A stretch of DNA of 64,000 nucleotides from Gemmatimonadales bacterium. GTDB lineage: Bacteria > Gemmatimonadota > Gemmatimonadetes > Gemmatimonadales > GWC2-71-9. The stretch covers positions 20,465 through 84,464 of the forward strand of contig DASUAL010000039.1 of the NCBI GenBank assembly GCA_035763805.1, written 5' to 3'. Position numbers and translations under genes: made by a program. The notes under the pieces are model-generated. The model did no database searches and was not told the DNA's origin. It saw only the letters and a list, made by a program, of their open reading frames with translations. This document shows, one piece after another, positions 1 through 7,486 of this stretch; within the stretch, counting starts at the first letter, position 1; each line of letters starts with the position of its first letter.

Positions 1-1327
1 ACAGCGCCGCGACGGCATCGCCACAGTACTCCACGAGCTTGCCGATCGCCCGACCGCTCTTCACGTACGGATGGCGCAGGATCTCGAGCATGAAATCCTT
101 CGCCGTTACGTTGGCGGCCTTCCTGCCACGCACGAGGATCTTGACGGTCTCGGGCACGGTGATGCGAACGTCTTTCGTGATCCAGGAGTTGAAGATCGCC
201 GTCGTGCCGACGCCGAACGCCAGGCACCCGACCGCGCCGGCGTGCGGAGTATGCGAGTCGGAGCCGATGATCACCATCCCCGGCTCGGCGTGCCCTTCGA
301 GGATCTTCGAGTGGCAGATCGCCTCGGACCCGTGAGCCCCCAGCCGCAGCTCGCCGTACAGCTTGATGCCCTGCTTGTCCGCGAAGGCGCGCTGCTTCTT
401 CTCGAGTTGGAGCGCGACGTCGAGCAGGCCCTCCTTGACGCGCTCCGGGGTCATCGCTTCGCCGAGGAACGTCAGGTGATCGCGGAACATCAGGATCGAG
501 GCCGGGTCGTGGACCTTCTCGTCCGGTCCGACGAGCTGCTCGAAGAAGATCGCCGCCATCGGCGTCACGTACTCGTGGCTGAACCGGATGTCGGTGACCA
601 CGAAGCCCTCGTCGCCCGGCTTCACCGCGGGCACGCCGACCTTCCCTTGCGACGGATCCACCACCCAGTGCCGGGCGATGAGCTTCTCCCCGAGCGTCAT
701 CGGGCGGCGCGGGGTGTCGGGTGGCGTGAGTACGACGTTCCCCTGCAGCCGGGCGACGTTGAAGTTGAACAGGCCGCCGTACTCGATGATCCCCCGCGTG
801 ATCTCCCCCTCGCCCTCGGTGAAGGCGGCGAGCGGGATCGGGGCGCCGCGCCGCACCCTATCGAGGATCGAGAAGTCGGTGGTCGTGAGCACCCCGAGAT
901 TCTGGCAGTTCTCGCGGTAGATCCGCTCGATGTTCTCCGCGATGACGAGCCTGATCCCGGCGCACATCTCGGCGTACGGCGATTGCTCTCGCGAGGAGCC
1001 CTTGCCGCGCCGCTTGCCGCTCACGGAGGCGACGAAACCGCCCCGCTTCACCGCGCCGCGGGTGATCGGGAACTCGTCACCGCACTTGAGACCCAGGTAG
1101 GGAAAGTCACCCAGGGTTTCGTCGTAGTAGTAGCAGACGTACGCGGGCGTGATCTCGTCGGTGGAGATGTTGTCCCGGAGCTTGATCGAGGGGTCCCACT
1201 CCAGGTCCTCGCCCTCGAGCTGCCGGCGCACCAGAGCGGGATCTTCGGCCAGCAGCAGGACCCTCCCCTCGAACCGCACCTGGTCGGGCAGTTTCTCCAC
1301 GCGACGGGACTTCAAACCAGTGAGCAC
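1..1327 (-). CDS. aconitase/3-isopropylmalate-dehydratase family protein with a LeuD-like swivel domain fused N-terminally; 3' end runs off the window
   Basis: Absent from the ORF track because there is no in-window stop. My reverse-complement translation from GTG 1327 stays open to position 1. It reads ..IKLRDNISTDEITPAYVCYYYDETLG..GKGSSREQSPYAEMCAGIRLVIAENIERIYRENCQNLGVL (small-subunit/swivel-like). It then reads ..RRPMTLGEKLIARHWVVDPS..AICHSKILEGHAEPGMVIIGSDSHTPHAGAVGCLAFGVGTT (catalytic GxDSHT region). The plus ORF 71..1336 is its antisense shadow. Confidence 0.75.
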   Translation of the reverse strand, partial: MLTGLKSRRVEKLPDQVRFEGRVLLLAEDPALVRRQLEGEDLEWDPSIKLRDNISTDEITPAYVCYYYDETLGDFPYLGLKCGDEFPITRGAVKRGGFVASVSGKRRGKGSSREQSPYAEMCAGIRLVIAENIERIYRENCQNLGVLTTTDFSILDRVRRGAPIPLAAFTEGEGEITRGIIEYGGLFNFNVARLQGNVVLTPPDTPRRPMTLGEKLIARHWVVDPSQGKVGVPAVKPGDEGFVVTDIRFSHEYVTPMAAIFFEQLVGPDEKVHDPASILMFRDHLTFLGEAMTPERVKEGLLDVALQLEKKQRAFADKQGIKLYGELRLGAHGSEAICHSKILEGHAEPGMVIIGSDSHTPHAGAVGCLAFGVGTTAIFNSWITKDVRITVPETVKILVRGRKAANVTAKDFMLEILRHPYVKSGRAIGKLVEYCGDAVAAL

Positions 1328-1336
1328 GCGCGAAAG

Positions 1337-2251
1337 ATGACCCCTTGCATACACCCGATCAAGCGGATTTCCTTGTTGACCGTGATTCTCCTGCTGCTGG
1401 CGCTCCAGAATGCCACCGCCACCCCACGCGCGTCGTTGACAGGCAGGTTGCATCCGCGCGTGGCCGAAAGCTCCGGCATTGCCGTGAGCCGCGCACACCG
1501 CGGCGTCCTCTGGACGCACAACGACTCGGGGGACCGGCCCTACGTGTACGCCACAGATCTCGCCGGCACCGACCGCGGGACGGTGGGCATCCGAGGCGCA
1601 CGGGCGGTGGACTGGGAGGACATCGTCCTCGGCCCCTGCTTCGCCGGACGCGGCACCTGTCTCTACATCGCGGACACGGGAGACAACGACGAGAAACGCA
1701 AGTCCGTCGTGATCTACGCGGTCCCCGAGCCGGTTCCCCCCGGCCCAGGGGCTGAGCCCACGCCCTCCGCGCCGCCGGCGACCCTACACCTCAGGTACCC
1801 CGGCGGGCCGGACGACGTCGAGGCCGCATATGTGTCGCCGCGTGACAGCGCGCTCTACCTCGTCAGCAAGGGACGGCGCGGCCCGGTCCAGCTGTACCGC
1901 GTGCCGCGCAAGGCATGGGGATCCGACACGCTCGTGACCGCCTCCCTCGTGCAAACGCTGCCCATCACGCCGCTCGCCGCGCTCGGCCGCCTCGTGACGG
2001 GCGCGGCCATCCGGGCCGACGGACGCCTCGTCGCGGTTCGCACATACTCGGAGATCTATTTCTTCGTGCCGGGCGCTGGGGGGCGCCTCACACCGAGCCA
2101 TCAGCCGGTGTGCAACGTCGCTGGACTCGAGCCTCAAGGCGAAGCGATCGCGTTCCTCGACGACTCCACGCTCGTGCTGACGAGCGAAGGCACCGGCAGC
2201 CGCCGCCGCCGCATCGGCGGGCCGATTCACACCGTGCGCTGCCCGGACTGA
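1337..2251 (+). CDS. secreted hypothetical protein (signal peptide; possible beta-propeller-like fold)
   Basis: Internal ATG at 1337, in frame with track ORF 71..2251. N-terminus MTPCIHPIKRISLLTVILLLLALQNATA looks like a signal peptide. The rest (WTHNDSGD, LYIADTGDND) is not a family I can name. Confidence 0.6.
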   Translation: MTPCIHPIKRISLLTVILLLLALQNATATPRASLTGRLHPRVAESSGIAVSRAHRGVLWTHNDSGDRPYVYATDLAGTDRGTVGIRGARAVDWEDIVLGPCFAGRGTCLYIADTGDNDEKRKSVVIYAVPEPVPPGPGAEPTPSAPPATLHLRYPGGPDDVEAAYVSPRDSALYLVSKGRRGPVQLYRVPRKAWGSDTLVTASLVQTLPITPLAALGRLVTGAAIRADGRLVAVRTYSEIYFFVPGAGGRLTPSHQPVCNVAGLEPQGEAIAFLDDSTLVLTSEGTGSRRRRIGGPIHTVRCPD

Positions 2252-2270
2252 GGGGCTGGAGGACTTCGCA

Positions 2271-3881
2271 ATGTTCTTGAGATTGTCCGCTGCTGTCGCG
2301 ATGCTGTCGCTCGGCTGCCGCGCCCCAGAACCGGGGCTCCCACCGGTGAGCACGGCGGCGATCGATGCGCACATGCGGTCGCTGGCCCACGACTCGCTCG
2401 AGGGGCGCGCCCCCGGGACCCGCGGGGAGGAGCGCGCCACCCGCTACATCGCGGCGCAGTACCGGACGCTCGGACTGGAGCCCGCCGGGCCCGACAGCTC
2501 TTACTTCCAACCCGTGGCGCTCGTGGGAATGACGCCACGCCCGTCCCTCGCGTGGGGGAGGGCGGGCGCGACCCGAGCGCTCAAGTACCTCGACGATTTC
2601 GTCGCCTGGGCCGAGCGGCCCGAGTCACGCGTCGCGGCCGGCGGCGACGTCGTATTCGTCGGCTACGGCATCCGCGCACCCGAGTGGCAATGGGACGACT
2701 ACAAGGACCGGGACGTGCGGGGGAAAGTGTTGCTGATGCTCGTGAACGACCCCGGGCTGCAGGACTCGACCGTGTTCGACGGCCCGGCGCTCACGTACTA
2801 TGGCCGCTGGACCTACAAGCTCGAAGAAGCGGCCCGCCGCGGCGCGGCGGGGGCGATCCTCGTGCACACGACGGAGAGCGCGACGTACCCGTGGGACGTG
2901 GTGCGCGCGTCGTGGTCGGTCGAGCAGTTCAAGCTCGACCGCCCGGCGGCCCAGAGCATCGCATTCGCCGCGTGGGTGACGCACCAAGCGGCGCAGGTCG
3001 CCCTCGCCCGCGCCGGCTTGAACCTCGACTCGCTGACGCGCAGGGCCGCGCGGCGCGACTTCCGTCCGGTGGACACGGGGATGCACGCGGCCGTGCAGGT
3101 CACGAGCGCGCTGAGGCGCGTCGTATCGGCGAACGTGGTGGCGCGCCTCCCAGGCAGCGACCCGCGATTGGCCGGGGAGGTGGTGCTGTTCACGGCCCAC
3201 TGGGACCACAAGGGGATCGGCCCCGCGGTGAACGGCGATTCGGTTTACAACGGCGCGGAGGACAACGCTTCCGGGGTGGCGGCGATCCTCGCCGCGGCGC
3301 AGGCGATGACGCAGGTCAGTCCGCGGCCGAAGCGCTCGGTGCTGTTTGTCGCGACGACCGCCGAGGAGAGCGGGCTGCTCGGCAGCGAGGCGTACGTGCG
3401 GGCGCCGCTCGTGCCCCTCGAGCGCACCGCTGCGGTGCTCAACCTGGACGTGATCAACGTGCGCGGCGCGACCCGAGACATCGATGCGCTCGGCATCGAG
3501 CGCTCCACGCTCGGGCCGGCGTTCGCGACCGCGGCGCGCGCCGAGTCGCTGGTCGTGGTCCACGAGCCGGATGTGCGCGGGTCGTTCTACCGGTCGGATC
3601 ACTTCCCATTCGCGCGCGCCGGCGTGCCCGCGCTGTCATTCAGGCCTGGGAAGGACTTCGTCGGCCGGCCGCCGGGATGGGGCAAGGAACAGGAGGAGCT
3701 GTACAACCAGGAGCGCTACCATCGGCCAAGCGACGAATACCGACCGACGTTCACGTACGAGGGCACGGCCCAGGAGGTGCGCGTGGTGCTGCGCGTGGCG
3801 CTCGCCGTGGCCAGCGCGTCCGAGCTGCCACGCTGGCTGCCCAATGCCGAGTTCCGCCGCCCCGACCGGGGCACACCTTGA
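2271..3881 (+). CDS. M28-family metallo-aminopeptidase lipoprotein with PA domain
   Basis: Lipobox MFLRLSAAVAMLSLGC. M28 motifs HWDHKGIG, YNGAEDNASGVAAILAAAQ, FVATTAEESGLLGSEAYV, SDHFPFARAGVPAL. Confidence 0.85.
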   Translation: MFLRLSAAVAMLSLGCRAPEPGLPPVSTAAIDAHMRSLAHDSLEGRAPGTRGEERATRYIAAQYRTLGLEPAGPDSSYFQPVALVGMTPRPSLAWGRAGATRALKYLDDFVAWAERPESRVAAGGDVVFVGYGIRAPEWQWDDYKDRDVRGKVLLMLVNDPGLQDSTVFDGPALTYYGRWTYKLEEAARRGAAGAILVHTTESATYPWDVVRASWSVEQFKLDRPAAQSIAFAAWVTHQAAQVALARAGLNLDSLTRRAARRDFRPVDTGMHAAVQVTSALRRVVSANVVARLPGSDPRLAGEVVLFTAHWDHKGIGPAVNGDSVYNGAEDNASGVAAILAAAQAMTQVSPRPKRSVLFVATTAEESGLLGSEAYVRAPLVPLERTAAVLNLDVINVRGATRDIDALGIERSTLGPAFATAARAESLVVVHEPDVRGSFYRSDHFPFARAGVPALSFRPGKDFVGRPPGWGKEQEELYNQERYHRPSDEYRPTFTYEGTAQEVRVVLRVALAVASASELPRWLPNAEFRRPDRGTP

Positions 3882-3961
3882 GTGCAGCTGGTTGCACGCT
3901 CCTTAACGCGCTGCGGTAAAAGCAACTAGGACGGATCCCGTCGGTGCCTCTGGCCTATTGT

Positions 3962-3993
3962 CGGGTACGCGAATAAGTTTGCGCCCGCTTTTT
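3962..3993 (+). terminator. possible weak intrinsic terminator downstream of the M28 gene
   Basis: CGGG(TA)CGC 3962-3970 pairs with GCGCCCG 3981-3987 (7 bp, 2-nt bulge, 10-nt loop), followed by C-TTTTT 3988-3993. Positions are anchored to track ORF 3958. Confidence 0.35.
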
Positions 3994-4055
3994 GACAGCA
4001 TCTCCCGCACTCGACACCGCGGAGCGAGCACCTGGAACTCCCGACGTCCCATCGG

Positions 4056-5174
4056 TTGCCGCTGTCCTGGCTGCTCGAAGCGGCGAGCCCGACGATCATC
4101 TATCGGGCCTATGCCGAGATCGTGCCGGAAGGCGATCGTGATCCTGAACGACTGGCCGCGCTGCGCCAGGCCGTGCTCGACTACAAGATCGCGCAGGCCA
4201 TCGCTCGGAAACAAAAGGCAGCGACCGGCCTGTGGGGTGGGAACCTGCTCGGACCGGTGGCCTCGAAGGCGTACGGTTGGACCGAGACGGGGACGGTGTA
4301 TCAGTACCGCCGACTGCTCGAGCTCGGGTGGCCTCCGTCCGAGCGGCCCTTCAGGCTCGCGGACCGATTCCTGTTCCAGATCTTGTCGCGCATCGAACCC
4401 GACGACCCCGACCGGATGATCGCCCAGCGAGCGCAGGAACTGCTTGTCGAGTTCCAGAAGCCGGCAAAGACGGATGTCGGCTTGGCTCGCTGGGCGCGGC
4501 GGATGGGCCGGGAGGCGGCGGCCTGTGCGCTCGCCCGCGGCGTGCACGGGGACGATCCGCGGGTTCGGGGAACGGCACACAACATCGCAAGCAGCATCTC
4601 GCAGTACCTGCGCAGCGAGCTCGTCGCGAAGCCCTTCAAGAAGGTGCAGGGGAAGACGGTCCTCGATCCGGCGGCGTACCCACCCACGATCTTCGCGATC
4701 GAGATGCTGGCGTTCCTCCCGCCGGTGCAGCGCGAGCGGGCCGGGTTCATCGAGCGTCTGGGGCACTACTTCTCCTCGCCCGCACCGCGCCGGGTCCTCT
4801 ACATTCTGGCCGGCAAGAAGCTCTTCAAGCCGCTGTTCGAGCTGCTCGGCGACCCCTTGCGTGCGGACGCCGCGGGGCACGTGACGGATGTCCCCTTCGC
4901 CTTCTACTGGCTCGAGCTGATGGCCCGGCTTGGCCTGGTCCGTCAGATGCCGAGCGCCTCCCGCGTGCTCGCCCGGCTCTACAGCGAATGCGACGACGCC
5001 GGGATCTGGAGTCCCAAGAGCCTGCGCGCCGCGCCCAAAGCGACCAGCCCCCTTACGGCGCACTACTTCCCGCTGGAGGGGCCAGGGAAGAGCCCCGCCC
5101 AGCGGCAGACCGACGCGACCTTCCGGTTGGGCCTGATTGCCAAACTCATGGGGATCCCGCTGGAAATCGGGTGA
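4056..5174 (+). CDS. hypothetical protein, 372 aa, no family recognised
   Basis: Track ORF with a TTG start. Codon usage and composition look coding (the 484-aa minus ORF over it is Arg/Gly/Pro-rich shadow). Helix-rich sequence with no motif I can assign. Confidence 0.55.
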   Translation: MPLSWLLEAASPTIIYRAYAEIVPEGDRDPERLAALRQAVLDYKIAQAIARKQKAATGLWGGNLLGPVASKAYGWTETGTVYQYRRLLELGWPPSERPFRLADRFLFQILSRIEPDDPDRMIAQRAQELLVEFQKPAKTDVGLARWARRMGREAAACALARGVHGDDPRVRGTAHNIASSISQYLRSELVAKPFKKVQGKTVLDPAAYPPTIFAIEMLAFLPPVQRERAGFIERLGHYFSSPAPRRVLYILAGKKLFKPLFELLGDPLRADAAGHVTDVPFAFYWLELMARLGLVRQMPSASRVLARLYSECDDAGIWSPKSLRAAPKATSPLTAHYFPLEGPGKSPAQRQTDATFRLGLIAKLMGIPLEIG

Positions 5175-5206
5175 CGTAGTCCGCGGGCTGGCCTCAACGG
5201 TCGTGG

Positions 5207-5228
5207 AGTAGTAGTATCTGCTACTACT
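5207..5228. promoter_or_regulatory. perfect 8-bp inverted repeat AGTAGTAG-N6-CTACTACT abutting the TrmB-like regulator start codon; candidate operator
   Basis: AGTAGTAG 5207-5214, spacer tatctg, CTACTACT 5221-5228, ATG at 5230. This is an AT-rich island in GC-rich sequence. Confidence 0.35.
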
Positions 5229-5229
5229 T

Positions 5230-5895
5230 ATGAGCAAAGTCGATCTCACACCGTTCGGCTTTACCCCTACTGAGTCGCTGGTGTACGGAGCCCTCGTGCA
5301 GCTAGGGCCGTCTACCGGGTATGCGGTCGCGCACGCCACGCGGCTCGCCCGCGCCAATGCCTACGGCGCGCTGGCGGGGCTGGTGAACCGCAGCGCTGCC
5401 ACGCGCCAACCCGGACGCCCCGCCCGCTACCGCCCGGCCGATCCCCCGGCGCTCCTCGCCCAGCTCGCCGCCCAGCAGGGCGAAGCGCTCGACCGGCTGG
5501 CGCACACGCTCCAGGAAACCGCCCATCCGGTCGAGCCGGAAACGCGCGGCGTGGTCGGCGCACGCGCGCTGGGCAACCTGATCCTCCAGCTCGTCGCCCG
5601 CGCGGAGCGCCGTGTCGTGGGCGTGATCGCGCCCGAGCTGCTCCGCCCCACCTTGCCGGCATGGCGCCGCGCGGCGAGCCGCGCGGAGGTCGAGCTCCGG
5701 GTCGCGGGCGAGGCCCCGGCCGATGCAGACACGCTGCTCGCAGGCGTTGTCGCGGCAGAGAGCCCCACGCTGCTGGTGATCGACGAGGCGCACACGGTCG
5801 CCGCGACCGGTGCCGGCGACCGGATCATCGGCATGTGGAGCTCCCATCCCGTGGTGCTGGTCCTCGCGCGGGCGGCCCTGCGCAGCTTCACGTGA
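5230..5895 (+). CDS. TrmB-like winged-helix transcriptional regulator
   Basis: N-terminus LTPFGFTPTESLVYGALVQLGPSTGYAVAHATRLARANAYGALAGLVNRSAA matches the TrmB-type HTH pattern as I recall it. The C-terminal domain is unassigned. Confidence 0.65.
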   Translation: MSKVDLTPFGFTPTESLVYGALVQLGPSTGYAVAHATRLARANAYGALAGLVNRSAATRQPGRPARYRPADPPALLAQLAAQQGEALDRLAHTLQETAHPVEPETRGVVGARALGNLILQLVARAERRVVGVIAPELLRPTLPAWRRAASRAEVELRVAGEAPADADTLLAGVVAAESPTLLVIDEAHTVAATGAGDRIIGMWSSHPVVLVLARAALRSFT

Positions 5896-6896
5896 CCCGC
5901 CGGCTCGCACTGCTGCTCGCCCTCACCACCGGTTGCCGCGCGGCGCCGCTTCCCCAAGCCGAGCGCTTTCCCTCCGGGACCCGGTTCGCCGCGCGCCACG
6001 TGCGGGTAGATGACACCAGCATCCGGTACCTCGACGCCGGTGCGGGCACACCCGTGATCTTCATCCACGGCCTCGGCGCGTCGCTATACACATGGCGCGA
6101 GAACCTCGATGCCGTCGCTACGGCCGGCTTCCGCGTGGTCGCCTACGACAACCGCGGATTCGGTTCGTCCGACAAGCCGGCGCATGGCTACACCAACGCC
6201 GAGTACGCCCGGCTGCTGATAGCACTGATGGACTCGCTCCGCATCACCGACGCCGTCCTGGTCGGCCACTCCATGGGCGGGGCGATCGCCGCCGAAACGG
6301 CAATCCGCTATCCCGAGCGAGTGCGCGGGCTCGCGCTCATCGGTTCGGCGGGGCTCGGGATCCGCGAGCCGACGCTGTTACGCCTCGCTCGCTGGCCCGT
6401 GGTGGGACCCGTCCTGCTGGGGTTCCGGGGACGCGGGCTGGTCGAGCGGCTGCTGAAATCGACCTACGCGGATCCGAGCAAGGTGACCGACTCGGACGTA
6501 GACCAATACTACGCGCCCGTCGCCGACCCTGCGTACGGCCGGGCGCTGCGTGGCGTGCTCCGCCAATTCCGGCTCGACGGCCTCACCGGCAGGCTCGACC
6601 GCATCGAGGCACCGGCTCTCGTTCTGTGGGGCGAGGCGGATCGCTGGGTGCCGCTCGCCCTTGGCCGCGCGCTCGCCGCGCAGCTCGCCCGCGCGGCGTT
6701 CCTGGCCGTGCCCCGCGCCGGGCACGCGGTGCATGAAGAGGCGCCCGCCGAGGTGAACCGCCTGCTGATCAAGTTTTTGAAGGAAGGCTTGCCACGCATT
6801 CCGGAGGATCTCGCATGGTCCGCAGGCTGGCGTGCCAGTGCGGATGACATAGATTTCATCAACCATCTGGTTGAGGAACGGGCCTTTGCGACCTAA
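5892..6896 (+). CDS. alpha/beta-hydrolase-fold lipoprotein
   Basis: GTG 5892 overlaps the upstream TGA (GTGA) and is in frame with track ORF 5661..6896. Lipobox LALTTGC, HG box VIFIHGLGAS, nucleophile elbow GHSMGG, C-terminal AGHAVHEE. Confidence 0.85.
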   Translation: MTRRLALLLALTTGCRAAPLPQAERFPSGTRFAARHVRVDDTSIRYLDAGAGTPVIFIHGLGASLYTWRENLDAVATAGFRVVAYDNRGFGSSDKPAHGYTNAEYARLLIALMDSLRITDAVLVGHSMGGAIAAETAIRYPERVRGLALIGSAGLGIREPTLLRLARWPVVGPVLLGFRGRGLVERLLKSTYADPSKVTDSDVDQYYAPVADPAYGRALRGVLRQFRLDGLTGRLDRIEAPALVLWGEADRWVPLALGRALAAQLARAAFLAVPRAGHAVHEEAPAEVNRLLIKFLKEGLPRIPEDLAWSAGWRASADDIDFINHLVEERAFAT

Positions 6897-7479
6897 GCTG
6901 TGCAATACCAGGGCATTGCGTATCATGGCAGCGGCCCAGGACGAGTTCGCTAGCCGGGGGTTTGAGGGGGCTCGGGTCGACCAGATCGCCCGCCGCGCCG
7001 GCGTCAACAAGCAGCTGTTGTTCTACTACTTCCACTCGAAGCGCGGGCTGTTCCACGCGGTGCTCGCGCGCGGCGCGGCGGCGCTCGAGGAGGCGCTGGG
7101 CCGGCTCGACGCCCCCGACGGCCAGCCGCTCGACCGGTTGCGGGCGACCCTGGAAGCCCAGTTCGACTTCCTCGTCCGGAGCCCTGCCCTGGTGACGCTG
7201 CTCAGCCAAGCCGGCCGCTCGGACGCCCGCCCGTTCGCGCCTGCGATCAAGCGGCTCGTCGTGCTGCTCGCCGAGGGCCAGGGCCGGGGAGAGGTGCGGG
7301 ACGACGTGGACCCCCACCTCGCCGCGGCTCAAGCGCTGGTGCTCATGGTCGCGTATCTCGGCCTCGAGTCACTGATCGCGGCAAGCGCGCCGCCACTCGG
7401 CGCCGACGAGCCGGCCCTCCGGGAGCGCTGGAAGGACGCTGCGGTGCAGCTGGTGCTCGAGGGCGTGGCGACGCGCTAG
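6871..7479 (+). CDS. TetR/AcrR family transcriptional regulator
   Basis: RIMAAAQDEFASRGFEGARVDQIARRAGVNKQLLFYYFHSKRGLF is a canonical TetR HTH. The TTG start at 6871 overlaps the hydrolase 3' end. Confidence 0.8.
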   Translation: MRNGPLRPKLCNTRALRIMAAAQDEFASRGFEGARVDQIARRAGVNKQLLFYYFHSKRGLFHAVLARGAAALEEALGRLDAPDGQPLDRLRATLEAQFDFLVRSPALVTLLSQAGRSDARPFAPAIKRLVVLLAEGQGRGEVRDDVDPHLAAAQALVLMVAYLGLESLIAASAPPLGADEPALRERWKDAAVQLVLEGVATR

Positions 7480-7486
7480 CGGCGCC

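Noticed and set aside
355-365. Suspected 1-nt frameshift in the aconitase-family gene during manual translation.
   Set aside because: A recount showed I had mis-registered two sequence lines by one base. The minus frame (codon top positions congruent to 1 mod 3) is continuous from 1327 to the window edge, so there is no frameshift.
71-1336. N-terminal 422 codons of the 726-aa plus-strand track ORF 71..2251.
   Set aside because: The Arg/Asp/Glu/Leu-rich nonsense composition is the antisense shadow of the aconitase-family gene. The real plus-strand gene starts at ATG 1337 with a signal peptide.
3903-5357. 484-aa minus-strand ORF covering the 372-aa hypothetical gene and the TrmB-like gene start.
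   Set aside because: Gly/Arg/Pro/Glu-rich with no motifs, a typical high-GC antisense shadow. The same judgement applies to 7889..9001, 10549..11928, 12888..13862, 17727..19556, 20091..21548, 24897..25850, 30561..32504, 36048..36905, 36763..37944, 38510..39790, 39417..40703, 41387..42361, 41403..42854, 48152..49684, 53596..54672, 54751..56016 and 61108..62418.
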